Position numbers and translations under genes: made by a program. The notes under the pieces were generated by a model. That model was given only the letters and a program-made list of their open reading frames with translations, was not told where the DNA came from and did no database searches. A stretch of DNA of 64,000 bases from NCBI GenBank assembly GCA_963752595.1, contig CAVVYZ010000017.1, positions 160,001 to 224,000 on the forward strand, written 5' to 3'. This document shows, one piece after another, positions 32,144-41,470 of this stretch; position 1 is the first letter of the stretch, and each line of letters starts with the position of its first letter. This stretch comes from an uncultured delta proteobacterium. Its GTDB lineage: Bacteria; Desulfobacterota; Desulfomonilia; UBA1062.

Positions 32144-32920
32144 ATGATCAAGAACCTGATAGAAAAGGCCAAGAACGGCGAGCTCAGTATAGAAGAAGCA
32201 GAGGAGATGATAGTCCGCACGCTCTATGACCATGGGGAGGATTTTCTCCTGGACCTTCACCGCCATAACCGGACCGGCTTCCCCGAAGTGGTCTATGCCA
32301 GGGGCAAGAGCGCCCGGCAGGTGGAGGAGATTGTCGGGAAATTTCTGGAAAAGACCAAACAGGTGTTCATATCCCTGGCAGATGAGCAGACACTGGAAGA
32401 CCTTAAGAAAGCCTTCCCCACGGCACGGACAGCGCAGGCCGGAAGCCTGGTGGTATTGAAATCCGCCGACATGGAGCTGCACCGGGAAACCGGAATTGTG
32501 GGAATCATCACGGCAGGGACTGCCGACACCCCCTTTGCAAAGGAATGCGCCCTGCTCCTGGAGGAGATCGGCACTGAAGTCATCAAGGCTTTCGATTTCG
32601 GCGTATCCGGCCTGCACCGGCCGTTCCTCGGAATCCAGAAGACAAAAGATGCGGACGTGCTGGTGGTTTTTGCCGGAATGGACGGTATACTCCCCACCAT
32701 GATTGCATCGCTGACCGACAAACCGGTGATAGCCGTGCCCACCCCTATCGGATACGGTCTGGGGGGAGAAGGCGATACAGCCCTTCGGACCATGCTGCAG
32801 AGCTGCGTGCCGGGCCTTCTCGTACTGAACATCGGTAACAGCGTGGGCGCAGCGGCAGCAGCAGTAAGGATCCTCAGGGCAGTAAGGAGGCGAAGCAATG
32901 GTAAGGCTGGAAGCGATTAA
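32144..32920 (+). CDS. larB: LarB carboxylase/hydrolase
   Basis: RTGFPEV, AGTAD, AGMDG, PVIAVPT, LQSC, NIGN. Confidence 0.9.
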   Translation: MIKNLIEKAKNGELSIEEAEEMIVRTLYDHGEDFLLDLHRHNRTGFPEVVYARGKSARQVEEIVGKFLEKTKQVFISLADEQTLEDLKKAFPTARTAQAGSLVVLKSADMELHRETGIVGIITAGTADTPFAKECALLLEEIGTEVIKAFDFGVSGLHRPFLGIQKTKDADVLVVFAGMDGILPTMIASLTDKPVIAVPTPIGYGLGGEGDTALRTMLQSCVPGLLVLNIGNSVGAAAAAVRILRAVRRRSNGKAGSD

Positions 32921-33741
32921 AGAGTCCATGATGAGCAGGGGCAAGCTCGCGGTCCTGCTCTCCGGAGGGCTTGACAGCACCTTTCTGGCTTGGCTTGCCC
33001 ATGAAGCCTTGGGCACTGAAGCAAAGGCGCTCACCTTCCATTCCCCCCATCATCCACGAGAAAGATGCTGCAGACGCAAGGATGCTCGCCGAGCTTATCG
33101 GCATCGCCTGCGAGGAGATCTCTATCAATGAGCTGGAGGCGGACTCATCCTTCTCCCGGAACCCTGCCGAGCGATGCTACCTGTGCAGGAAGATAAGGGA
33201 CCACGAAGCGAGGCAGTGGGCGGACGAAAAAGGGATAGAGACAATAGCGGACGGTCTGAATGCCACAGATTTCACCGACTACCGGCCCGGCATGAAGGCC
33301 GGCCGGGAGGACGGGATATGGCAGCCCTTTGTCGAGTTCAGTATTACCAAGGACGAAATACGACATTATTCAAGGGAGGTCGGACTGCCAACCTGGGACA
33401 AGCCCAACACGGTGTGCCTGTGCTCCCGGATTCCCTTCGGCATTGAGATTACCGGGGAGCGTCTCAGGAGGGTGGGGGAAGCAGAGACATTTCTGAAACG
33501 GCTCGGGTTCATCGCGTGCAGGGTGAGGTATTTCCCCTTTGAAACCGCTGTCGTGGAGATTGATGACATGGAAAGGGCATTTGCCCATAAGAGGGAAATC
33601 GTCCAGGTCCTTCGGGATATGGGCTTCCAGTTCGTCACCCTTGATCTCGAGGGATTTGCAAGCGGCAAGCTGAAAAGGATTTTGCAGGCAAGGGCTCCGC
33701 AGGAGGAAAAGCTCTCTGGTGAAAAATTTCCTAAAACTTGA
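32898..33741 (+). CDS. larE: LarE sulfur transferase, frameshift in the C6 run at 33043-33048
   Basis: SGGLDS PP-loop in the first frame; RCYLC, DYRPG, WDKP..CLCSR in the second. Confidence 0.9.
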
Positions 33742-34044
33742 TCACCGGCATGATATTTTCCTTGGAGCCGTGAAACTTGGCTGGATGGACAGAAAAAAAT
33801 ATCCTGTTATACCCTTGACATATACATCTTGCTGATTATTGTTTTTAAACTCCGTACGAATGTCCTTTTCCCTATTCATGTGTAGCGGACTCACCCTGGG
33901 ATTCGATACTGATTTGACTCATTACCTGATCAAAACAGTGAGAACAGGCTTTATGCATCAGCAAAGTTTCCGCAGCGAGACAAAGGAAATCCTCCTTTGG
34001 CGTGGAACTGCGGAATACGGCTGTGAAAGCCGGAAGGGAGGCCC

Positions 34045-34458
34045 ATGGATAGCCAAACCGGCCGATTTGACCTTCATATCGATCAGGAACTGGGCATGGG
34101 ATATATCCGGCATCATGGAAAAGTCAGCCTGAAGGATCTCAATGCAGCGATAATCGAAATGAGGAGCGACCCGAAGTTCGAATCCGTTAGAAGTGGGATT
34201 TCGGATTTCACGAAAGCACGAGGCTTGTTATCCTCTGATGACATCAGGAGTCATGTAACCTTTGTTGCAAGCCATATCCCCAGGAACAGAAGGTTCAAAT
34301 GGGCCATCATCGCCCAGACAAACCTTGCTTACGGCCTTGCCCGGATGTTCGATATCCTCAGCGATACACAAGAGCTCGGTATCGAGCTGCAGGTTTTCAA
34401 AGACCCTCACCAAGCAAAGGTATGGCTCGGGATCAAGGAAAACAGGCACGTTTCCTGA
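34045..34458 (+). CDS. STAS/SEC14 (SpoIIAA-like) domain protein
   Basis: KWAII...YGLARMF...LQVFKDPHQAKVWL pattern; SD GGAGG. Confidence 0.6.
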   Translation: MDSQTGRFDLHIDQELGMGYIRHHGKVSLKDLNAAIIEMRSDPKFESVRSGISDFTKARGLLSSDDIRSHVTFVASHIPRNRRFKWAIIAQTNLAYGLARMFDILSDTQELGIELQVFKDPHQAKVWLGIKENRHVS

Positions 34459-34658
34459 CTGCAGGAAGGCCCGGATCCATACTCCATGATATAATCAAGC
34501 CTTGCAGTGATTGTGTTTTAAGATATCGAGTAAGTCGATCCCGTCTTTCCTTCGGTTAAGCGGTTTCATCCTTCTTAACCATGTCTTTTTTGATATGCTG
34601 TCTTGTCATGAGATCATTCAATCATGTAAATAAAGAGAATATTCTGTTGACAGTGTAA

Positions 34659-34886
34659 GAGTGGGGAAAAGACGCACCCGTCAGGAGTTATTCGGATGCA
34701 GTCAATCTCGATAAGGGGTACGCAGAGGCCTACAATAATATGGGCAATGCCTTGGCAACGCTCGGAAAGAATGGTGAGGCTATTGTCTGCTATAAAAAGG
34801 CCATAGAAATCAAACCGGGCTTTGTCGATGCCGTAAAAAACTGCCATATCGTTGAGTCGCGTAAAGGACCTTCGGCAAAGAAATAG
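34659..34886 (+). pseudogene. Start-less TPR gene fragment
   Basis: Reads YAEAYNNMGNALATLGKNGEAIVCYKKAIEIKPGF; in-frame TAA immediately upstream. Confidence 0.65.
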
Positions 34887-34994
34887 GGAGCTTATCCAAA
34901 AGGATGCCACCCATTGACGGCGGTTTCTCCCTGCGCACTATATGTATAATATGTAGGATAAGGAAAAGACTGACCGGACAGAAGGTACCGTTAA

Positions 34995-35435
34995 ATGGAA
35001 GATCTGTATTATAGACACACGCAGAGAGGATACCTGCTTTCAGGAACCCTGATGGGCGCTGCGGTTATCGTGTTTGTCTTGTCTCTGAGTATCGGCTGGA
35101 ACATAGCAAATATCCTTGTGGGAATTGTCTTTGTTGCAATGGCGTTCCTCTTTTACTCCATGACTGTGGAAATCAGGGGTGATAATCTCTTTATCCGCTT
35201 CGGGCCCGGGCTCATCAGGAAGCAGATCCCTTTGTCCGGTGTCAGGGACGTGAGGATCGTCAGGAACCCCTGGTATTATGGCTGGGGAATCAATGTTACG
35301 CCGCAAGGGTGGCTCTACAACGTATCAGGTCTGGCTGCTTTGGAGATCGAACTTGAATCGGGCAGGTGCCTCAGGATCGGTACGGATGATCCCAAAGGTC
35401 TCTCGGAGGCAATCAGTGAATGGAGCAGGAAGTGA
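34995..35435 (+). CDS. Membrane protein with bacterial PH-like C-terminal domain
   Basis: Two TMs, then WYYGWGI...LYNVSG...IGTDDP. Confidence 0.7.
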   Translation: MEDLYYRHTQRGYLLSGTLMGAAVIVFVLSLSIGWNIANILVGIVFVAMAFLFYSMTVEIRGDNLFIRFGPGLIRKQIPLSGVRDVRIVRNPWYYGWGINVTPQGWLYNVSGLAALEIELESGRCLRIGTDDPKGLSEAISEWSRK

Positions 35436-35513
35436 CCGGCCGTTTTTTCAGGCCATCCGGATGTCGCAAGGAAGGGCTTTTTAAGAAATTCATGAGAAGA
35501 AGAGGCATTTGAT

Positions 35514-35930
35514 ATGAAGTCATATAGGAAGGAGCTCTGGTTCAATACGCAAAAACGCCTAGATTTCATCAACATCACTCCCGAGGTGGAAGGGTGTCTC
35601 CGGGAAAGCGGAGTCAGGGAAGGCCTCGTGCTCGTGAATGCGATGCACATAACGGCCAGCGTATTTATCAATGACGATGAATCCGGGCTCCATTATGATT
35701 TTACACGATGGCTTGAGGAACTCGCGCCCCATGAGCCTGTGTCGAGCTACCGGCACAATGTGGGCGAGGATAATGCCGACGGCCATCTCAAGCGGCAGAT
35801 CATGGGCAGGGAGGTGGTGGTTGCAGTTACGGACGGCAAGCTCGATTTCGGCCCCTGGGAGCAGATCTTTTATGGCGAGTTCGACGGCAGGAGGCGCAAG
35901 CGAGTACTGGTCAAGATCATCGGGGAGTAA
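35514..35930 (+). CDS. yjbQ: YjbQ/UPF0047 family protein
   Basis: [30 protein letters not shown]. Confidence 0.93.
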   Translation: MKSYRKELWFNTQKRLDFINITPEVEGCLRESGVREGLVLVNAMHITASVFINDDESGLHYDFTRWLEELAPHEPVSSYRHNVGEDNADGHLKRQIMGREVVVAVTDGKLDFGPWEQIFYGEFDGRRRKRVLVKIIGE

Positions 35931-35984
35931 GTCTCTCCAGGATCCCACACACACGCACCAGGTAAAAACCCATAAGGAAAGCTC

Positions 35985-38732
35985 TCATCGTTTGTTCGAA
36001 TTCGGCACTGCCTGACGAGGCTCGGCCCTGCTGCCGGTTCTTTCTTGCTGAACGGGTTGGGCAAGATGTGTTTTCAGCTTGTCCATGGCACGGCCGAAAG
36101 CGGTCCAGTTTCCCTGTTGGAGGGCTTTCTCAGCTTCCTGCATCAGATCGAGCACGTCTCTTCCCGGCTGGGGCTGGGCGCCCTGCTGAGGGGCAGCCGG
36201 TGCCGGCCCTGATATTTGGGGCTGCTGCATGCCGAAAATGGCGTTGATTGCATCCTGGACAGACATCTCCATGACCACCTTTCCTCCGTAAACCATGATG
36301 ACCCGTTTCAGCTGGGGGATGTTGGCTCCTTCTGCAAGGATATACACCGGCTCGACATAGAGGAATGAAGTGTTGATGGGAATCACGAGCAGGTTGCCTC
36401 TGATCACCCGGGAACCCCGCTGATCCCACAGGGAAAGCTGCTGCGAGATCAGCGTATCCTGATTGATCATGGCTTCGATCTGTACGGGGCCATAGATGAT
36501 CCGCTCCTTGGGAAGCTTGTATACGATGACCTCTCCATACCAGGGGAAATCCGATCTGCTTGCCATCCATGCGATCATGTTGTTGCGGTTCTGGGGGGTG
36601 AGCGGCACCATCATGATGTACTGGAGATCCTTTTCTTCCGGCAGGCGGACGAGCACATAATACGGCGCCATCGGGCCTTGATTTCCCTGATAGTTCTGCT
36701 GGGGGAAAGCCCAGAGATCCTCCCTGTTATAAAAGACCTGCGGGACGGTCATATGATAGGTGCGATACATGTCGACCTGGATGGTGAAGAGATCTTCCGG
36801 ATAGCGTACATGCCCTTTCAGATGCGAAGGGAACTCGTTTCTGTTTTTGAAGACGCCTGGGAATGCCTTGTTGTACACTTTGATGATCGGATCTTCGGGG
36901 TCGAATATGTAGAAACCGAGGGAACCGTCATAGGCATCCATGACCACCTTGACCGAATTCCGGATGTAATTCAACCTCCCCCCTCGAATCTCGGAATAGG
37001 GGTAGTTTCTGGAGACCGTGTATGCATCCTGTATCCAATACAGCTTTCCCTGGCTCAAGACCAGGTAGGGATCTTTATCGAGCGCGAGGAACGGTGCAAT
37101 ACGACTCACCCGCTGGGAGATATTCCTCCATATCTGGATGCGGCTCTCCGGCTTCAGGTAGCGGGATATCAAGATGTTGATATCTCTCAAATCCCAGGCA
37201 AACAGGATCTTCTTCCAGACACTGTCGAGCAGGATACCTCCGTAGCCCCGGTACCGGGTATAGACGTTGCTGTCCCCCTTCGGGTAGTCGAGTTCCATGA
37301 TGCCTGTGTTTACGATGCGGTAACCCGGTGTTTTCTCCGCAAAGTAGAGAGCGGCCCGAACTACCTTCAGGGATTGAGACAAAGGCGGGATGTCCTCGAT
37401 CACATACCTGGGCAGCCCTTCACCCAATGATTCCGACACGGTGTTCATGACGAGCCCGTAGCCGTGCGTGAACTGGAGATTGCTGTTCACCCAGGTCCTG
37501 GCTTTTTCCGGAAGTTCTTCGGCAAGCTCTCGCGCGGACAACATCACCTGGCGGTATCCCTCACCCGGAATGTGATACCTGTCTACATCAACTTCGTAGA
37601 ACTGGTAGTAGAGGCGTATCGCCTGGGTCTGGTTATAGGTCTGCAGGATTGGACGCCAGTCCCAGAGACGGATATTTTTGATCGTATCGTTATTGTCCGC
37701 AAGATCGGTCTGGGTGAGGTTGTCGGCCGCGGAATAGGACCGCTCGTGAATCCGGTCGAGGCCATATGCCTTCCGGGTCATCGAAATATTGTGTTCGAGG
37801 AACGGTTTCTCGAGGTCCAGCTCGTTCGGCCGCACGATGAACTTCTGCATGAAAGCAGGCAGGATCCCGAGAGAGAAAAGGGCAAGCAGGATGAATGTTC
37901 CGAATGCGAAGACGAGATAGCCGATACGCTTGAGGTAGGCGGTAAGTGCGATGGCCGCAGCAAGGGCAAGGCTTGCAAAGAACATGACCAGCAGGCTTGT
38001 GCGGACTAGGTGGTAATCCACATACCCCATGCCGGAGACAACTCCTCGCGTGGAAAAGAGGAGATCGTATCTATCCAGCAGGTACCCGGCTCCCAGGGTC
38101 ACAACGAACAGGATGCTCAAAACTGCGATATGAGTAAGTACCGGCCTGTCGATCGAGATGAGCATAGCGCTTTCCAGAGGGATTTTTTCCAGCGAGAAAT
38201 AAATCAGGAGCACGGTTACCAGGGCAATAAGGAACAGGCTGGCGAGGCTGTTCTGCACAAGGTTATAAAAAGGGAGTTTGAAGAGATAAAACATCAGGTC
38301 GAGGTGATAGATCGGGTCCGTCCGATGCACGGGCTCTCTCCAGAGATACTCAAGCAGGGTGTTCCATTGGTTCATGAGCACCAGGGCGAACAATACGGAG
38401 AAGATCAAGACGCCGCCTATGGCTATGAGCCGCGCCTTCTGCAGGCTGATCACGGTATTCTGATAGCCCACGATGAAGAGCTCTTCCTTGCGGAGGCTGA
38501 ATCTGACAGCGGCTTCGATATTGGTCCAGGAGAACAGAAAGATGAATGCGAACGCAACAGTGAAAACAGCTGCCTTGAGGAGGATCGTTCGGGAAAAGAT
38601 CGTAAAGAACCCGAGATTATCCATCCAGAGCCATTCTACCAGGGTGCCTGACAAGAATGAGAGAAAGACGGGGATTGCAATGAGGATGATTGCCCCAATG
38701 CCGGCAATGACGGATCTCTTTCTATACTTCAT
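35985..38732 (-). CDS. UPF0182 family membrane protein
   Basis: NIRLWD, YYQFYEVDVDRY, FTHGYG, NYIRNSVK, RYPEDLF, LYVEP. Confidence 0.92.
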   Translation of the reverse strand: MKYRKRSVIAGIGAIILIAIPVFLSFLSGTLVEWLWMDNLGFFTIFSRTILLKAAVFTVAFAFIFLFSWTNIEAAVRFSLRKEELFIVGYQNTVISLQKARLIAIGGVLIFSVLFALVLMNQWNTLLEYLWREPVHRTDPIYHLDLMFYLFKLPFYNLVQNSLASLFLIALVTVLLIYFSLEKIPLESAMLISIDRPVLTHIAVLSILFVVTLGAGYLLDRYDLLFSTRGVVSGMGYVDYHLVRTSLLVMFFASLALAAAIALTAYLKRIGYLVFAFGTFILLALFSLGILPAFMQKFIVRPNELDLEKPFLEHNISMTRKAYGLDRIHERSYSAADNLTQTDLADNNDTIKNIRLWDWRPILQTYNQTQAIRLYYQFYEVDVDRYHIPGEGYRQVMLSARELAEELPEKARTWVNSNLQFTHGYGLVMNTVSESLGEGLPRYVIEDIPPLSQSLKVVRAALYFAEKTPGYRIVNTGIMELDYPKGDSNVYTRYRGYGGILLDSVWKKILFAWDLRDINILISRYLKPESRIQIWRNISQRVSRIAPFLALDKDPYLVLSQGKLYWIQDAYTVSRNYPYSEIRGGRLNYIRNSVKVVMDAYDGSLGFYIFDPEDPIIKVYNKAFPGVFKNRNEFPSHLKGHVRYPEDLFTIQVDMYRTYHMTVPQVFYNREDLWAFPQQNYQGNQGPMAPYYVLVRLPEEKDLQYIMMVPLTPQNRNNMIAWMASRSDFPWYGEVIVYKLPKERIIYGPVQIEAMINQDTLISQQLSLWDQRGSRVIRGNLLVIPINTSFLYVEPVYILAEGANIPQLKRVIMVYGGKVVMEMSVQDAINAIFGMQQPQISGPAPAAPQQGAQPQPGRDVLDLMQEAEKALQQGNWTAFGRAMDKLKTHLAQPVQQERTGSRAEPRQAVPNSNKR

Positions 38733-38807
38733 TTCCACTCTACCTATACGGCTTATCAGAAGTAACTTCTCAGTCGGGGGATCTCTTGGAGTTTACAGCA
38801 AGAGCTC

Positions 38808-38823
38808 TTCAAAAAGAATGCCA
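38808..38823 (-). promoter_or_regulatory. sigma54-like element for the UPF0182 gene
   Basis: Minus strand TGGCAT-TCTTT-TTGAA. Confidence 0.6.
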
Positions 38824-38923
38824 GGGCTTATCATGGAAAGCCTCGGCAGGGTTCTGATGAAGGTAAACAAACGATATACACCCTTTTTGAGCCCGAGAAG
38901 AGATCTGCAGGGAAAGTCTGCTT

Positions 38924-38963
38924 TGTCCATTTGCATGGGAAAGAAATCCCTTTTCTCCGGACA
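38924..38963. promoter_or_regulatory. Tandem enhancer-like boxes between divergent promoters
   Basis: TGTCC-ATTTGCATG-GGAAA and AATCC-CTTTTCTCC-GGACA. Confidence 0.6.
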
Positions 38964-39043
38964 AGTTTCGAAAAAAAGCCTTTTCGCCCAGGCAATAACC
39001 TTTTTTTTAAGATTCGGCGTAAGCCCATTTTTTTACCGGCCCT

Positions 39044-39059
39044 TGGCATGCTCATTGTA
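39044..39059 (+). promoter_or_regulatory. sigma54-like element for the site-2 protease gene
   Basis: TGGCAT-GCTCA-TTGTA. Confidence 0.6.
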
Positions 39060-39174
39060 TCTCCCTATATAAATACATACAAAAGAGCACATCCCTGCCG
39101 CCTCTCGAGAACTGCTTTCCGTATTGAAGTGACAGACCGGCGAATAAAGGTATCTGCTCGAAGGGAGTGTGTAT

Positions 39175-40329
39175 ATGTTCGGGAAGAGGATTAAGATATT
39201 CAAGCTCTTCGGCTTTTCCGTATATATCGATTTGAGCTGGCTCATTATAGCCGTACTTATCACCTGGACACTGGCCCAGGGCTACTTCCCTTATTTCAAC
39301 AAAGGCTTTTCCCCTAGGACATACTGGATCATGGGAGCTTTCGGAGCCCTTGGGCTCTTCCTGTCCATAATATTCCACGAGATGAGCCATTCCATGGTAT
39401 CAAGGATGTTCGGGTTGGAAATGAAAGGAATAACCCTGTTTGTCTTCGGGGGAGTCGCGGAGATGGGAGAAGAGCCTGCAAACCCGAAAGCCGAATTCTC
39501 CATGGCCATAGCCGGCCCCATTTCGAGCATTGCGCTCGGTTTTGTGTTTTACGGCATCTCCAGAATCGGGATGCAGCTTGCCTGGCCTCAGCCTGTCTGG
39601 GCGGTTCTCTCGTACCTGTCCGTCATCAACTTCGTTTTGGCCGCGTTCAACCTTATCCCTGCATATCCGCTGGATGGAGGCAGGGTTCTGCGTTCCGTGC
39701 TGTGGTCATGGAAGAAGGACCTGCGGTCTTCTACGCGCATCGCCTCCCGGATCGGTTCCGGATTCGGGATGGGCCTTATCATCCTCGGTGTGCTCAACGT
39801 ACTGACCGGGAACTTTATTGGGGGAATGTGGTGGTTTCTCATCGGCCTGTTCCTCCGCAATGCATCGAGCACGTCCTATACCCAGGTTCTCATAGAACGG
39901 GCGCTCAAGGGAGAGCCTGTCAGTCGGATCATGAAGACGCATCCGGTATCCGTTTCTCCATCGACATCCGTGGATGAGCTGGTCAACGATTATTTCTACC
40001 GCTATCACTACAAGATGTTCCCGGTGGAGAATGAATCCGGGAAACTCGAAGGGTGCATAACCATTGATAAGATAAAGGAAGTGCCTCATGACAAGTGGAA
40101 GGAGACGATAGTCGAGGACGTGGCATCCGGGTGCACCGAGAACAATACCGTTGATGCCTCTGCCGATGCCCTGAATGTCATGGCGAGGATGAACCGGCAG
40201 GGGGTGAGCAAGCTCCTGGTCACGGACAATGGTGAGCTGGAAGGCATCGTCACCCTCAAGGACCTGTTCGATTTTCTTTCCATCAAGATGGATCTCGAAG
40301 GTGAAAAGGTCATACCGAAGCGTCCATGA
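39175..40329 (+). CDS. Site-2 (M50) metalloprotease with two CBS domains
   Basis: HEMSH zinc motif, AGP, FNLIPAYPLDGG, C-terminal CBS pair. Confidence 0.93.
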   Translation: MFGKRIKIFKLFGFSVYIDLSWLIIAVLITWTLAQGYFPYFNKGFSPRTYWIMGAFGALGLFLSIIFHEMSHSMVSRMFGLEMKGITLFVFGGVAEMGEEPANPKAEFSMAIAGPISSIALGFVFYGISRIGMQLAWPQPVWAVLSYLSVINFVLAAFNLIPAYPLDGGRVLRSVLWSWKKDLRSSTRIASRIGSGFGMGLIILGVLNVLTGNFIGGMWWFLIGLFLRNASSTSYTQVLIERALKGEPVSRIMKTHPVSVSPSTSVDELVNDYFYRYHYKMFPVENESGKLEGCITIDKIKEVPHDKWKETIVEDVASGCTENNTVDASADALNVMARMNRQGVSKLLVTDNGELEGIVTLKDLFDFLSIKMDLEGEKVIPKRP

Positions 40330-40345
40330 AGAGTTTTTATCAAGG

Positions 40346-40384
40346 AATCCCATCTCGTAGGATTATGTCCTGCCCGGCAGGACA
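40346..40384. promoter_or_regulatory. Tandem enhancer-like boxes
   Basis: AATCC-CATCTCGTA-GGATT and TGTCC-TGCCCGGCA-GGACA. Confidence 0.6.
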
Positions 40385-40457
40385 AGGAGGCATATGCCTG
40401 CACGGGCTGTTTATTGCAAGAGACTGAAATGATAGTTGATATATAGTTAGACCCCAG

Positions 40458-40473
40458 TGGCATGCTCTTTGTA
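40458..40473 (+). promoter_or_regulatory. sigma54-like element with no long ORF downstream
   Basis: TGGCAT-GCTCT-TTGTA, 15/16 identical to the element at 39044. Confidence 0.6.
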
Positions 40474-40777
40474 ATAACAAAGAATATTGGAATTTGGAAT
40501 TCTGTAGCAGGGTTGAGTCTTGGTAAGATTGGGGAACGCATATAAGGGGGCAAAGGAAGTTTTTCCTTAAACCTTTTTAATAAAATAAAAACCCCTTGTG
40601 AAATGATTCAGACAACACATTATATAAATTTATACGGCGGCCAGAACACAAAGGAAGATGGTTTGATGCTGATCTACAGAAGAATAGAGGATAGGGCAAA
40701 AGCAGTGAGCACCGCAATCATACTAAACGTTAGGTGTAAGGACAAAGCAGGAATGGACCACGTATGCTCCTCTTAGC

Positions 40778-40825
40778 GGGGGTTGGAGAACCTACCTCAG
40801 CCCCGTTCTCCAGCCCCCTTTTTTT
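40778..40825 (+). terminator. Intrinsic terminator
   Basis: Stem GGGGGTTGGAGAAC / GTTCTCCAGCCCCC (one G-U pair) followed by T7. Confidence 0.85.
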
Positions 40826-41158
40826 CTCTCCTTCTAAGGAGAGAGACGAGCGAGGAGATATTCAATATGCGCACCATGCGAATTATGGGGAATTCGTATG
40901 GTGCTTCTTTCATTACCCGCCTTGATACAGAGACCCCGATAATCCTGCAGAGGACAGTATAACCAGGAACATCCTTTCCATAAGACCGGCACTGCGCCCT
41001 GTTTGAATTCACAATAAAACCAGGTAGTTTGGGATATTTCGAGGAGGCTGTATGAAAGACAACCATTTCATTGGGTATTTACCCCTTTCTTGGGATGGAG
41101 CGTTCTTGGGGAAAGCCCTGCCGAGGTGGTATATACTGTTATGATATAAAGGGGGGTG

Positions 41159-41443
41159 ATGGAGGTAGTTTGTCCATTTTGCGGAAAGGCAAAGGATCTG
41201 CAAAGAGATTATCTCGGGCTTGTCAATGTACCGTGTGAATGTGGTGCTGTGGGTGTGATCAATAGGGCGGATGCCTTGCACATGATGAACATAGAGCTGG
41301 CTGGCATCTTTGCAGTCCCTGATATAGCGGCTTCGGAATTCGACCTGCATGAGCCCGTAAAGATAGATATGGGAGCCGAAGCAAGGAGCGTTGAAGTACT
41401 TATGATGATCAAGTGGGCCAGGAGGAAAGTTATCCCGGCTTGA
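41159..41443 (+). CDS. Small zinc-ribbon-like hypothetical protein
   Basis: CPFCG...CECG; G-rich SD. Confidence 0.6.
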   Translation: MEVVCPFCGKAKDLQRDYLGLVNVPCECGAVGVINRADALHMMNIELAGIFAVPDIAASEFDLHEPVKIDMGAEARSVEVLMMIKWARRKVIPA

Positions 41444-41470
41444 CGAGCTCGATCTCTTCTTGCGTTTAAT

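Noticed and set aside
33040-33050. Programmed frameshift or phase variation in larE
   Set aside because: A C6 run is short, and similar indels occur in unrelated genes, so sequencing error is more parsimonious
40366-40384. Terminator hairpin after the site-2 protease gene
   Set aside because: No U-tract and only a 3-nt loop; fits better as a TGTCC-N9-GGACA box
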